Shown here one piece after another: positions 8,617 through 17,714 of a stretch of 64,000 nucleotides of DNA. Numbering within the stretch: position 1 is the first letter of the stretch; every line of letters begins with the position of its first letter. The position numbers and the translations under genes are program-made. Origin of the DNA: a bacterium (lineage in GTDB: Bacteria > Zhuqueibacterota > Zhuqueibacteria > Oceanimicrobiales > Oceanimicrobiaceae); contig JBBIIG010000003.1 of assembly GCA_037446635.1 (NCBI GenBank), positions 66,635 through 130,634 on the forward strand. The letters are read 5' to 3'. The notes below the pieces were generated by a model, which did not search any database, was not told the DNA's origin, and saw only the letters and a list, made by a program, of their open reading frames with translations.

Positions 8617-9932
8617 ATCCCATCGACATCATCATAAAAAAGCGCGACGGTGAAACCCTCAGCGCCGAGGAATTGCAGTTCCTGATTTCGGGCTACGTCC
8701 GCGACGAGATTCCCGACTATCAAATCGCTGCATTTTTAATGAGCGTTTATTTTCAGGGAATGCAGCCGACTGAAATCGCGACTCTCACGCAAATTATGCG
8801 TGACTCCGGCACCGTGCTCGATCTCGCCGACATCCCCGGATTCAAAATCGACAAACACAGCACCGGCGGCGTCGGCGATAAAGTCTCGCTCATTCTCGCG
8901 CCGCTGGTGGCAGCCGCCGGACTCATTGTGCCGATGATTTCCGGGCGCTCGCTGGCCCACACCGGCGGCACGCTCGATAAGTTGGAAGCCATTCCCGGTT
9001 TTCGCACCAATCTCAGCATCCCCGAAATTAAATCCCTGTTGAAAAAAATCGGCGTGGCGCTAGTGGGACAGACGGCCGATCTGACTCCCGCCGACAAAAA
9101 AATCTACGCTCTACGCGACGCCACCGGCACCGTGCACGCGATCCCGCTCATCACCGCCAGCATCTTGAGCAAAAAACTGGCCGAGGGCATCGATGCGCTG
9201 GTGCTGGACGTCAAAGCCGGCAGCGGCGCGATTTTCGAAACCAAAGAGAAGGCGGAGGAGTTGGCGCGCATGTTGGTCGCCACCGCTAACCAGTTTAATT
9301 TGAAAACGGTTGCCATCATCACCTCGATGGAACAGCCGCTGGGCAACGCTATCGGCAACTGGCTGGAGACCCGCGAAGCCCTTGCGACGCTGCGGGGAAG
9401 CGGGCCGGCGGATTTGCTGGAGGTCACCCTCACCCTCGGCGCGCAGATGCTGGTGCTGGCCGGCGCGGCCGCGAATCTCGAATTCGGCAAAAAAATCTTG
9501 CAAGAGAAAATCGATGATGGCTCTGGCTTTGAAAAATTTTGGGAGATTGTGAAAGCGCAGGGCGGCGATACCTCGGTGATCGAAAATCCTGAAAGTTACC
9601 CGGCTGCTAAATTCTCATTTGAAGTAAAAAGTCCGAAGGCCGGATTTGTTTCCAAAATACACTGCCGGGAAATTGGCAAAATTTCCATGGCCCTCGGCGC
9701 CGGCCGCAGCGCGGTGAAAGACGGCGTGGATTACACTTCCGGCATCGTGCTGCATAAAAAGGTTGGCGATCGTATCGAAGCCGATGAGGTGCTGGCTGTG
9801 GCGTACACCAACAAAAAAGAGCGCATCGAAGAAAACAAAAATCGTCTGCAAAATGCTTTTAAAATAGTTGATGCGCAAGTTGATCCGCCGCCGCTGATTC
9901 AGGGGTGGGTGGATGGCAACGACGAGGAGTGA
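8613..9932 (+). CDS. pdp: Pyrimidine-nucleoside (thymidine) phosphorylase
   Basis: [37 protein letters not shown] and [10 protein letters not shown]. Confidence 0.95.
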   Translation: MNPIDIIIKKRDGETLSAEELQFLISGYVRDEIPDYQIAAFLMSVYFQGMQPTEIATLTQIMRDSGTVLDLADIPGFKIDKHSTGGVGDKVSLILAPLVAAAGLIVPMISGRSLAHTGGTLDKLEAIPGFRTNLSIPEIKSLLKKIGVALVGQTADLTPADKKIYALRDATGTVHAIPLITASILSKKLAEGIDALVLDVKAGSGAIFETKEKAEELARMLVATANQFNLKTVAIITSMEQPLGNAIGNWLETREALATLRGSGPADLLEVTLTLGAQMLVLAGAAANLEFGKKILQEKIDDGSGFEKFWEIVKAQGGDTSVIENPESYPAAKFSFEVKSPKAGFVSKIHCREIGKISMALGAGRSAVKDGVDYTSGIVLHKKVGDRIEADEVLAVAYTNKKERIEENKNRLQNAFKIVDAQVDPPPLIQGWVDGNDEE

Positions 9933-10017
9933 TGGAGTGCTGGATCAATGAAGCGGCAACCACATGAATCCATAGACCCATCAATCTAGGCTGAATAGAG
10001 AGAAAAAAGGTTAGAGC

Positions 10018-10419
10018 ATGCGCTATCTCGTCAAAGCACGCATCAAATCGGGGAAGGCCGAACCCCTGCTGCGCGCCATCGAAACCGGCACGCTGGGTGA
10101 AGGCTCGGTTGCCGGCGATGAATATATTTACGATATGCAGCAGGCGCGCCAGTTGGAAGACGGCACAATCTGCTGGGTGGAAACCTGCTTTTGCCCGACG
10201 CCGCTCGCCGAAGAAACGCCGTATTGGGAAGAATATTTTGATCTTCTCAAAATCAAAAACGCCCACGACCCGCGCCGCTGCAAAGATTTGAACGGAAGCG
10301 AGCCCTGGGCCTGCTGCGATTGCGATTGCACCAAAAAGTTGGAGGAAAAGATGAAGGGTTGGGGGAAATCGTTTCTGGCGACCTTGGAAGCATCCGGCAA
10401 ATCGCCGAATTCAAAATAG
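10018..10419 (+). CDS. Hypothetical cysteine-rich protein
   Basis: 133-aa ORF with host-like codon use and CFC, WACCDCDC motifs. Confidence 0.7.
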   Translation: MRYLVKARIKSGKAEPLLRAIETGTLGEGSVAGDEYIYDMQQARQLEDGTICWVETCFCPTPLAEETPYWEEYFDLLKIKNAHDPRRCKDLNGSEPWACCDCDCTKKLEEKMKGWGKSFLATLEASGKSPNSK

Positions 10420-10421
10420 TT

Positions 10422-10742
10422 TCACTGCACGACCACCGCCGTTCCGCTGGCCGAGACCATCAACATGCCGTTGTTTTGACCCAGCACTTCGTAGTCGAGA
10501 TCGATGCCAACCACTGCGTTCGCGCCCAACTCTTGTGCGCGTTGTTGCAGTTCATCGAGCGCAATGTCGCGAGCATTTTGCAGCTCTTTTTCATAAGTGG
10601 CCGATCGCCCGCCGACGAGATCGCGGATGCCAGCGAACAGATCTTTGAAAATGTTCGCGCCCAGGATTGCCTCTCCAGCAACGATGCCGCAATACTTGGT
10701 GATGCGCTTGCCTTCGATGGTTGGGGTAGTGGTAAGTTGCAT
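10422..10742 (-). CDS. YbjQ / UPF0145 family protein
   Basis: [11 protein letters not shown]...[12 protein letters not shown]...GGRS...[12 protein letters not shown]...ASGTAV. SD GGAGG upstream of the ATG at 10742. Confidence 0.93.
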   Translation of the reverse strand: MQLTTTPTIEGKRITKYCGIVAGEAILGANIFKDLFAGIRDLVGGRSATYEKELQNARDIALDELQQRAQELGANAVVGIDLDYEVLGQNNGMLMVSASGTAVVVQ

Positions 10743-10756
10743 GGTTCCTCCCAATG

Positions 10757-11026
10757 TCAAGAATTTTGCTGACTACTGGCTTGGTTAATTTTTTCTTGAA
10801 CCCATAGGTTTAACAGAGTCTCTTCGCTAATTCCACGTTCTTCGGCGATCTGTCTAACCTTCAATGAAAGATGGCCGTCCAATGGGTAATACTTGCGTTG
10901 CGATTTAATCTTCACATCGAATTTCACTTCAGTCTGTTCTCCGAATTCAGTAGCATCATGTTCATCCCAAAACGCGCCTATTTCCTGATAAGTGCGAGCT
11001 TTTGAGATTGGTGTTTTACTTGACAT
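10757..11026 (-). CDS. CopG/BrnA-like antitoxin
   Basis: [14 protein letters not shown]...[20 protein letters not shown]. Overlaps the 3' end of a BrnT remnant. Confidence 0.75.
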   Translation of the reverse strand: MSSKTPISKARTYQEIGAFWDEHDATEFGEQTEVKFDVKIKSQRKYYPLDGHLSLKVRQIAEERGISEETLLNLWVQEKINQASSQQNS

Positions 11027-11090
11027 ACTTTTTCCTTTCCTTTTTTGTCATCTCTCGTGCTGAAACGATGATAGCTTGTTTGTATAAACT
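11016..11090 (-). pseudogene. BrnT toxin C-terminal remnant
   Basis: Minus strand reads ...[21 protein letters not shown], the BrnT C-terminal motif. No recognisable upstream BrnT sequence. Confidence 0.7.
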
Positions 11091-11223
11091 GCTTTCCTCC
11101 AGTTACTCCAATTTCTCAAGTCTAATATTAGACACTGAATGTCTAAATATGGCCGTTGCCATCCCGATCCTTTAAATTTAGACCAAGCCGCAAAACCTTC
11201 AAGATTCCAGGGTTCTATAAGAA

Positions 11224-11369
11224 TCACCCCAGCAAATCTGCCACCACCGCTTTCTCTTCATTCAATTCCTTCAATGTGATCTGAATTTTCTCGCGGGCGA
11301 AGTCGCTCCACTTCACGTTTTGCACAATCGAATAGTTGCCTTTGCCGTCGCTGGTGCAGGGGAAGGAAA
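11224..11369 (-). repeat. Orphan duplicate of the mdh 3' end (direct repeat of 12033-12178)
   Basis: 146 bp colinear with the last codons of mdh, offset 809 bp, about 10 mismatches by eye. Ends ...AVVADLLG*. Confidence 0.92.
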
Positions 11370-11384
11370 GACTATTTACTCCCG

Positions 11385-11672
11385 TCATTGATGTGTTTGT
11401 TCGATGGGGTCTTTATGGGCTTCAGCATATATGCGAAGAGCTGCGGCCATGAGGCGGGAGTAGTCTTTGCCTTGTGCCTTGAACCACTCCAGTACCTCAG
11501 GCTCTACGCGCACAGTAATAGATACCGGCGGTCGCGGCATACGCAAGGTGGCCTTGGCAAAAAACTCTTCCGACAAAGGTGGAACGTCGGAAGTGTCAAT
11601 CATTTCATCGGTCATGACATCAATGCGGGCCCAGTCGGTCTCGGAAGGCTTGTTCATATTTTGTTTGTTCAT
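11385..11672 (-). CDS. BrnA family antitoxin
   Basis: TDWARI...IDTSDVPPL...ITVRVEPEVLEWFKAQGKDY...AALRIY. Confidence 0.9.
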   Translation of the reverse strand: MNKQNMNKPSETDWARIDVMTDEMIDTSDVPPLSEEFFAKATLRMPRPPVSITVRVEPEVLEWFKAQGKDYSRLMAAALRIYAEAHKDPIEQTHQ

Positions 11673-11923
11673 GTGTAAGTGCCTTTCTTAATGAAATAAT
11701 TCTGATTACTTCTTCGTCACTTTCTTCGCGCTCGGCAAAAACCTACTACAACGATACACGCATCAAGCACGCCAATTCCAATCCACCGGTCTTCGCCATA
11801 ATCCTCGCGTTCGTCAAGGTTCGTAAGCATAGGGGTCGCAAAAATTTTCCACGCATCGGCAAAATCGAAGCCGTGCTTACGAATGTTCTCCTTACGTTTG
11901 TTTTCGTCCCACTCAAAGCGCAT
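11620..11923 (-). pseudogene. BrnT family toxin, frameshifted
   Basis: MRFEWDENKRKENIRKHGFDF... shifts frame near 11741. The other frame continues FAEREESDEEVIRIISLRKALTHEQTKYEQ...* to 11620. Confidence 0.85.
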
Positions 11924-12032
11924 GAATTATGTGTAGTTGCCAAGTTCAGCTAATGGACTTTATCTCGACTTCAAATATAGCATAAATCCCGAATGACGCA
12001 ACCCGAAATCTGGGAGGTTCGAGAATCAATTC

Positions 12033-13016
12033 TCACTTAATCAAATCCGCTACCACCGCTTTCTCTTCGTTCAATTCTTTCAATGTGATATGAATTTTCT
12101 CGCGGGCGAAGTCGCTCCACTTCACGTTTTGCACAATCGAGTAGTTGCCTTTGCCGTCGCTGGTGCAGGGGAAGGAAAAGATCAGCTCGTCCGTGATGCC
12201 GTAGCTGCCGTCGGTGGCCACGGCAGCGGAGAACCAGTCGCCCGCTGGGGTTTTGGCCAGCAGCGTTTTCACGTGATCGATGGCGGCGTTGGCGGCAGAC
12301 ATCGCCGAGGAAAGCCCGCGGGCGGCAATCACCGCGGCGCCGCGCTGCTGCACGGTTTTGATGAAATCTTCCCGCAGCCACGCGACGTGGCCGATGGCGT
12401 CGGTGGCCGGCTTGCCTTTGATCTTCGCGTTTTCGAAATCGGGAAATTGCGTGGCGCTGTGGTTGCCCCAGATGGTCATATTGGTCACGTCCTTCACCGA
12501 GACGCCGGCCTTCTTCGCCAATTGCGCTTTGGCGCGCAGCTCATCCAGTCGGGTCATGGCGCTGAAACGCTCGCGGGGAATGTCCTTGGCGTTCTTCATG
12601 CAAATCAGGCAATTGGTGTTAGCGGGATTGCCCACCACGAATACCCGCACGTCATCGGCGGCTTTGGCGAGCGCCTTGCCCTGTCCCACGAAAATCGGGC
12701 CGTTGTCGCGAATGAGGTCTTTGCGCTCCATGCCTTTGCCGCGCGGCTTGGCGCCAATCAGCAGCGCCCAGTTGATACCATCAAAAGCAGTCTCGGCTTT
12801 ATCGGTCACCACAATTTTTTCAACCAATGGAAACGCGCAATCTTCGATTTCCATCACCACGCCTTCGAGGGCGGGCAGTACCGGCGTGATTTCCAGCAAA
12901 TGCAGATGGAGTTTGGTATCGGCGCCAAACACTTCTCCCGAAGCGATGCGCGGAAGAATGGCGTAGCCAATTTGTCCCGCCGCGCCGGTCACGGCAACCT
13001 TCACGGTTTTTGACAT
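12033..13016 (-). CDS. mdh: Malate dehydrogenase
   Basis: [38 protein letters not shown] and SSAMSAANA. Confidence 0.97.
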   Translation of the reverse strand: MSKTVKVAVTGAAGQIGYAILPRIASGEVFGADTKLHLHLLEITPVLPALEGVVMEIEDCAFPLVEKIVVTDKAETAFDGINWALLIGAKPRGKGMERKDLIRDNGPIFVGQGKALAKAADDVRVFVVGNPANTNCLICMKNAKDIPRERFSAMTRLDELRAKAQLAKKAGVSVKDVTNMTIWGNHSATQFPDFENAKIKGKPATDAIGHVAWLREDFIKTVQQRGAAVIAARGLSSAMSAANAAIDHVKTLLAKTPAGDWFSAAVATDGSYGITDELIFSFPCTSDGKGNYSIVQNVKWSDFAREKIHITLKELNEEKAVVADLIK

Positions 13017-13212
13017 CGCAACCTCCTTCGATTTTCGTCTTTATTACTTTGTTGGTCAAATAGCTGCAGCCTGTTCAAAGATAATTTAAAGATAAGAATC
13101 GGGTGATGATCCGCAAGGGATTTTTTTGCGACTCAGTAGGGCCGCCTGCCAAGTTTTCGCTTGCGCTTTGAGAAAGATTTTTTTATTTAATACCACGCAA
13201 AAATAGAGGAGC

Positions 13213-13230
13213 TTGTGAGACACCTCACAT
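13213..13230. promoter_or_regulatory. CRP/Rex-like operator palindrome
   Basis: TGTGA-GACACC-TCACA in the divergent region between mdh and the beta-propeller gene. Confidence 0.5.
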
Positions 13231-13432
13231 TTAGTTTCCAATTTGATCCTGGAGTGGATTTTTATTCTGTATGAAGGCCATCCGCCCAATGGAAAGACCG
13301 GATTACGACGCTTCTACAAATGTTCCACCACGAGCTGTTAAAATTGGCCGCGTTCCTTCGCAATCGGAAATTCTTTGAGACGCCCTTACTCATTTTAGGA
13401 ATTGCTCCACAAACTAAAACAGAGGAATCAGC

Positions 13433-14806
13433 ATGATGAAAAAAATGACACTCGTAATTATCTCATTCTCACTATTAGTTTATGCTGCTGCATTTCCCAG
13501 CGAACCCAACGCCGACCAGCAGCGCAACTGGCCGCAGTGGCGGGGACCGCTGGCCAACGGCGTCGCCCCGCACGCCAATCCACCAGTCGAATGGAGCGCA
13601 ACCAAAAACATCCGCTGGAAAACCGAAATTCCCGGACGCGGTCACGCCACGCCCATCGTTTGGGGTGAGCAGATTTTCATCTTAACCGCGGTAGAAACGG
13701 AACAGGCCGGCAGCACTCCCGCCGCCGATAATAACCTGCCCGAATGGCGACGCGGCCGCGGCATTTCCACGGACAAAATCCACCGCTACGACGTTCTCTC
13801 CATCAACCGAAAAGATGGCAAAATTCTTTGGCAGAAAACCGCGACCACCGCGCTGCCCCACGAAGGCACCCACACCGACGGCAGTTGGGCCTCCCACTCG
13901 CCGATTACCGATGGCGAATTGCTATTTGCGTATTTTGGATCGCGGGGAATTTTTTGTTACGATCTCAAAGGCCTGCCCGCCAGAAGCCTAAGGCAGGCGG
14001 GCAATTTGAAATGGCAGAAAGATTTGGGCGACATGACCACCCGTAACAGTTTCGGCGAGGGCAGCTCGCCGGCGCTGCACGGAGATAAACTCATCATCAA
14101 CTGGGATCACGAGGGGCAATCGTTTATTGTCGTTCTCAATAAAAAAACTGGTGAAGAAATTTGGCGCGCCGATCGCGACGAACCGACCTCGTGGTCCACG
14201 CCACTGGTGGTGAGCCATGATGGCCAGCCGCAGGTGATCGTCAGCGCCACCAATCGCGTGCGCAGTTATGATCTCAACAGCGGCAAAATTTTGTGGGAAT
14301 CGAGCGGCATGACCGTAAATACGATCCCCTCGCCCGTGCACGATGACGGCATAGTGTACGTGATGAGCGGCTTCCGCGGCAGCGCGCTGCAAGCCATTCG
14401 CCTCGCCGATGCCCGCGGCTACATCAACGATACGCCGGCCATCATCTGGCAGCACGACCGCGACACGCCGTATGTGCCCTCGCCGCTGCTGTACGACGAC
14501 AACCTCTATTTTCTGAAAGTGAACACGGCTATTCTTTCCTGCTTCAACGCCCGCACGGGCGAGCCCAATTATGAGCCGCAGCGGCTGGAGGGGTTGACGA
14601 ACGTTTACAGCTCGCCCGTGGGCGCGGCGGGTCGCGTTTATATCACCAGCCGCAACGGCGCGACCCTGGTGCTGAAAAACAGCCCACAATTCGAGGTGCT
14701 CGCCGTCAATCAACTCCATGATGATTTCGAGGCCTCGGCGGCGTTAGTTGATGGGGAATTGTACTTGCGAGGAAAACAGACGTTGTATTGTATAGCGGAA
14801 AACTGA
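13433..14806 (+). CDS. PQQ-binding-like beta-propeller repeat protein, exported
   Basis: Signal peptide, NWPQWRGP and repeated W...SP / GxxxW propeller motifs. Confidence 0.88.
   Translation: MMKKMTLVIISFSLLVYAAAFPSEPNADQQRNWPQWRGPLANGVAPHANPPVEWSATKNIRWKTEIPGRGHATPIVWGEQIFILTAVETEQAGSTPAADNNLPEWRRGRGISTDKIHRYDVLSINRKDGKILWQKTATTALPHEGTHTDGSWASHSPITDGELLFAYFGSRGIFCYDLKGLPARSLRQAGNLKWQKDLGDMTTRNSFGEGSSPALHGDKLIINWDHEGQSFIVVLNKKTGEEIWRADRDEPTSWSTPLVVSHDGQPQVIVSATNRVRSYDLNSGKILWESSGMTVNTIPSPVHDDGIVYVMSGFRGSALQAIRLADARGYINDTPAIIWQHDRDTPYVPSPLLYDDNLYFLKVNTAILSCFNARTGEPNYEPQRLEGLTNVYSSPVGAAGRVYITSRNGATLVLKNSPQFEVLAVNQLHDDFEASAALVDGELYLRGKQTLYCIAEN
13973..14002 (+). repeat. 30-bp palindromic element in frame inside the propeller gene (LPARSLRQAG)
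   Basis: CTGCCCGCCAGAAGCCTAAGGCAGGCGGGC interrupts the motif CYDLKG|NLKW. Confidence 0.8.
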
Positions 14807-14864
14807 CCCAACTCGCTCCAGCACGGTTTGTAACCGTGTTTGGAATTCTAAAAGCTCGCAATCT

Positions 14865-15200
14865 ATGTTCTTTTTCCAAAACACGGTCGAAGACCATGTT
14901 ATGATGATGCACTGCTACAACTGCCAAAGCGAAATTAACTTGACCGGACAGCCCAGCCGCAGTGCCACCTGCCCCAAATGCGCGGCCTATTTGCGCTGCT
15001 GCCGCAACTGCCGGTTCTACGATCCCAACGCGCACAACCAGTGCCGCGAGCCGCAAGCTGAGTGGGTGCAAGACAAAGAGATGGCCAACTTCTGCGACTT
15101 TTTTGAGGCGGCCAGCAAAGCGGCGGACAGAGAAACGGCGCGCAAAGAGGAGGCGCGCAAAAAGCTGGAGGAGTTGTTTAAGAAAAAGCCCACGGATTAG
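14865..15200 (+). CDS. Hypothetical cysteine-rich (zinc-ribbon-like) protein
   Basis: CYNC, CPKC, CCRNC, QCRE and NFCDFF. The true start is probably one of the ATGs at 14901-14907. Confidence 0.75.
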   Translation: MFFFQNTVEDHVMMMHCYNCQSEINLTGQPSRSATCPKCAAYLRCCRNCRFYDPNAHNQCREPQAEWVQDKEMANFCDFFEAASKAADRETARKEEARKKLEELFKKKPTD

Positions 15201-15334
15201 AAAACCACGTGAAAAAGAAGTCAAAACAATTTTGCCCTCTATAAATCTTGCTTTTCGATTGACGTTTGATTATGTTTACCGCTGGTTATTGCTGCAACAT
15301 TCCAATCATAAAAAAATAATTAAGAGGAGGGTTT

Positions 15335-15709
15335 ATGACCGCGAGACTTTTGCTACTGACTTTGGTTTTTGTGTGCCTGGCAATGCTCTTGCCGGGATGC
15401 TACACCATGAACCAAATCGGCACGCCAACCGATATCGCGATTGAAATTACGAATGCAGAGAACGCCACCACCATTCAGCACTTCACTCGTACCAAACTGG
15501 TGAATCATTTCATTTTTGGGCTGGTCAGTCCGCAAGATTCTGGTTTTGAGAAGCTGATCGCAGAAGAAGTGAAAAAAAACAATGGCACGCGAGCAGTGAA
15601 CCTGAGAACGAAATATCAATACACGTTCGTCAACGGACTCGTGGGCCTCATCACGTTTGGTATTTACACGCCCTTCACTCTGACCGTCGAAGGCGACGTG
15701 CTAAAATAG
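15335..15709 (+). CDS. Bor/Iss family lipoprotein
   Basis: Lipobox LPGC, HFIFGLVS and TFVNGLVGLITFGIYTP. SD AGGAGG. Confidence 0.75.
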   Translation: MTARLLLLTLVFVCLAMLLPGCYTMNQIGTPTDIAIEITNAENATTIQHFTRTKLVNHFIFGLVSPQDSGFEKLIAEEVKKNNGTRAVNLRTKYQYTFVNGLVGLITFGIYTPFTLTVEGDVLK

Positions 15710-15738
15710 CAAACGACCTCTTGCAAGTTTCGGAGTTT

Positions 15739-15776
15739 AAAATCACCCTGGGTATCTCAGGGTGATTTTTGTTTTT
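15739..15776 (+). terminator. Rho-independent terminator
   Basis: AAAATCACCCTG / CAGGGTGATTTT stem plus T tract. Confidence 0.75.
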
Positions 15777-15797
15777 ATTCAAAACAGGGAGCCAGTT

Positions 15798-17555
15798 ATG
15801 AAACAACGCTTAATTTGCCTTCTCTGCCTGACACTCGTCGCGGTTGCGCCGGCGCAGGAATTAGACTCGCCTTCCAAGCAACTTCAACAGCTCTTCAACG
15901 ATTACTGGGAATACACCCTCGAAGAAAATCCGCTGCTCGCTACCTCGCACGGCGATTTGCGCTACAACGACAAGTTGAGCGAAGCCGGTTTAGAGGCCAG
16001 CCGCAAAAGTTACGAAGCCGACCGCGCGTTTCTCGCTCGCATTCAACAGGTAGATCGCGCCGCCCTCTCTGCAGAGGATCAGCTCAACTACGATCTCTTC
16101 AAAGAGCAATTAGAGTGGCAAATCGAAGAGTTTCAATTCGGCAGCTATCTCGAAGCTGTCCACCAGCGCAGCGGCTTTCACCTTTTTCTACCTCGCTTCC
16201 ACGAACGGGTACCGCTGCACACTCGCAAGCACTACGAGGATTATCTCGCCCGTCTCCAATCCATTCCCACTTTGATTGCCGGCGTGACGGAATTGCTGCA
16301 GGAAGGGCTGCGCCAGGGAAGAACGCCGCCGCGGCTGGTGCTCGAAGCGGTTCCCCAGCAAATCGCAATGCTGGTGAATACGCCGGTCGAGGAATTCCCG
16401 CTCTACCACCCGTTTCTAAATTTCCCAGCGACAATTTCCAAACCCGATCAAAATACCTTGCGCCAGCGCGGAGAGAACATTTTAAAAAATGAGGTCTTGC
16501 CGGCGTTTGAACGCTTCGCCCAATTTTACAGAGACGAATTCATCCCCCAAGCCAAAACCGCAATCGGCGCCAGCCAACGCTACGCCGACGGCGAAAGGTT
16601 TTATGCCTTCCGGGTTCGGCGGTTCACCACCACGCACCTCACCGCCAAAGAAATTCACGAAATCGGTTTGAAAGAGGTGGAACGCATCAAAACGCGCATG
16701 TTGGAAATTATGAAAGAAACCAACTTCAGCGGCGGGTTTAGCGATTTCACCGAGTTTCTGCGCCGCGACCCGCAATTTTATTATTCTAAACCGGAAGACC
16801 TGCTCAGCGGCTACCGCGATATCTGCAAACGCATGGACGCCGAACTGCCGAAGCTCTTCGGCAAGCTCCCGCGCGCCCCGTACGGGGTGCGCGAAATCCC
16901 GGCCCACGAAGCGCCGCGCGCCACCACCGCCTACTACAACCAACCCACCGCCGACGGCACCCGGCCCGGCTGGTTTTACGCCAACACCTACGATTTGAAC
17001 AGCCGCCCGAAATATGAAATGGAGGCGCTGGCGTTTCACGAAGCCGTGCCCGGACATCATTTGCAAATTGCTCTGCAGATGGAATTGGAAAACGTGCCGA
17101 AATTTCGCACCCTGGCCAGTTACACCGCCTTTGTGGAGGGCTGGGGGCTTTACGCCGAAAGCCTCGGCAAAGAGGTGGGATTTTATACCAATCCCTACTC
17201 CGAGTTTGGGTTTCTTTCCTACGAAATGTGGCGGGCGCTGCGGTTGGTGGTGGATACCGGGATCCACGCCTTCGGCTGGTCGCGGGAGCAGGCCATCGAA
17301 TACATGTTGGCGAACTCCGCCCTCACTCGCACCAACGTGGAAAACGAAGTCGATCGCTACATCGCCTGGCCGGGACAGGCGCTGGCCTACAAAATCGGGC
17401 AGATGAAAATCCGCGAGCTGCGGACCCGGGCTGAACTGGAGTTGGGCGAAACATTTGATGTGCGCGCCTTTCATGATCTCGTACTCAGCGCCGGCGCGGT
17501 CCCGTTAGATATTTTGGAAAAAAGAATCCACGAGTGGATTGCAGCGCAAAAATAA
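15798..17555 (+). CDS. DUF885 family protein (putative exported metallopeptidase)
   Basis: Signal peptide, HEAVPGHHLQ, AFVEGWGLYAE, RLVVDTGIH and PGQALAYKIG. Confidence 0.93.
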   Translation: MKQRLICLLCLTLVAVAPAQELDSPSKQLQQLFNDYWEYTLEENPLLATSHGDLRYNDKLSEAGLEASRKSYEADRAFLARIQQVDRAALSAEDQLNYDLFKEQLEWQIEEFQFGSYLEAVHQRSGFHLFLPRFHERVPLHTRKHYEDYLARLQSIPTLIAGVTELLQEGLRQGRTPPRLVLEAVPQQIAMLVNTPVEEFPLYHPFLNFPATISKPDQNTLRQRGENILKNEVLPAFERFAQFYRDEFIPQAKTAIGASQRYADGERFYAFRVRRFTTTHLTAKEIHEIGLKEVERIKTRMLEIMKETNFSGGFSDFTEFLRRDPQFYYSKPEDLLSGYRDICKRMDAELPKLFGKLPRAPYGVREIPAHEAPRATTAYYNQPTADGTRPGWFYANTYDLNSRPKYEMEALAFHEAVPGHHLQIALQMELENVPKFRTLASYTAFVEGWGLYAESLGKEVGFYTNPYSEFGFLSYEMWRALRLVVDTGIHAFGWSREQAIEYMLANSALTRTNVENEVDRYIAWPGQALAYKIGQMKIRELRTRAELELGETFDVRAFHDLVLSAGAVPLDILEKRIHEWIAAQK

Positions 17556-17621
17556 TGTGGGCGCACAATTGGTGAGTGCATTAATTGCGCCAAATCCTGC
17601 GTAAAATTTTTATTTTTCAGC

Positions 17622-17650
17622 TTGACAAATTGCGAGCACTTTAGTATTAT
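17622..17650 (+). promoter_or_regulatory. Near-consensus sigma70 promoter of the serine protease gene
   Basis: TTGACA-17 nt-TATTAT with an AT-rich upstream element. Confidence 0.7.
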
Positions 17651-17714
17651 TTCCCCACTTTGTTTCCCACCTATTTATTCACAAAAACTTCTAACCAACT
17701 GCAAGGAGGAGGTT

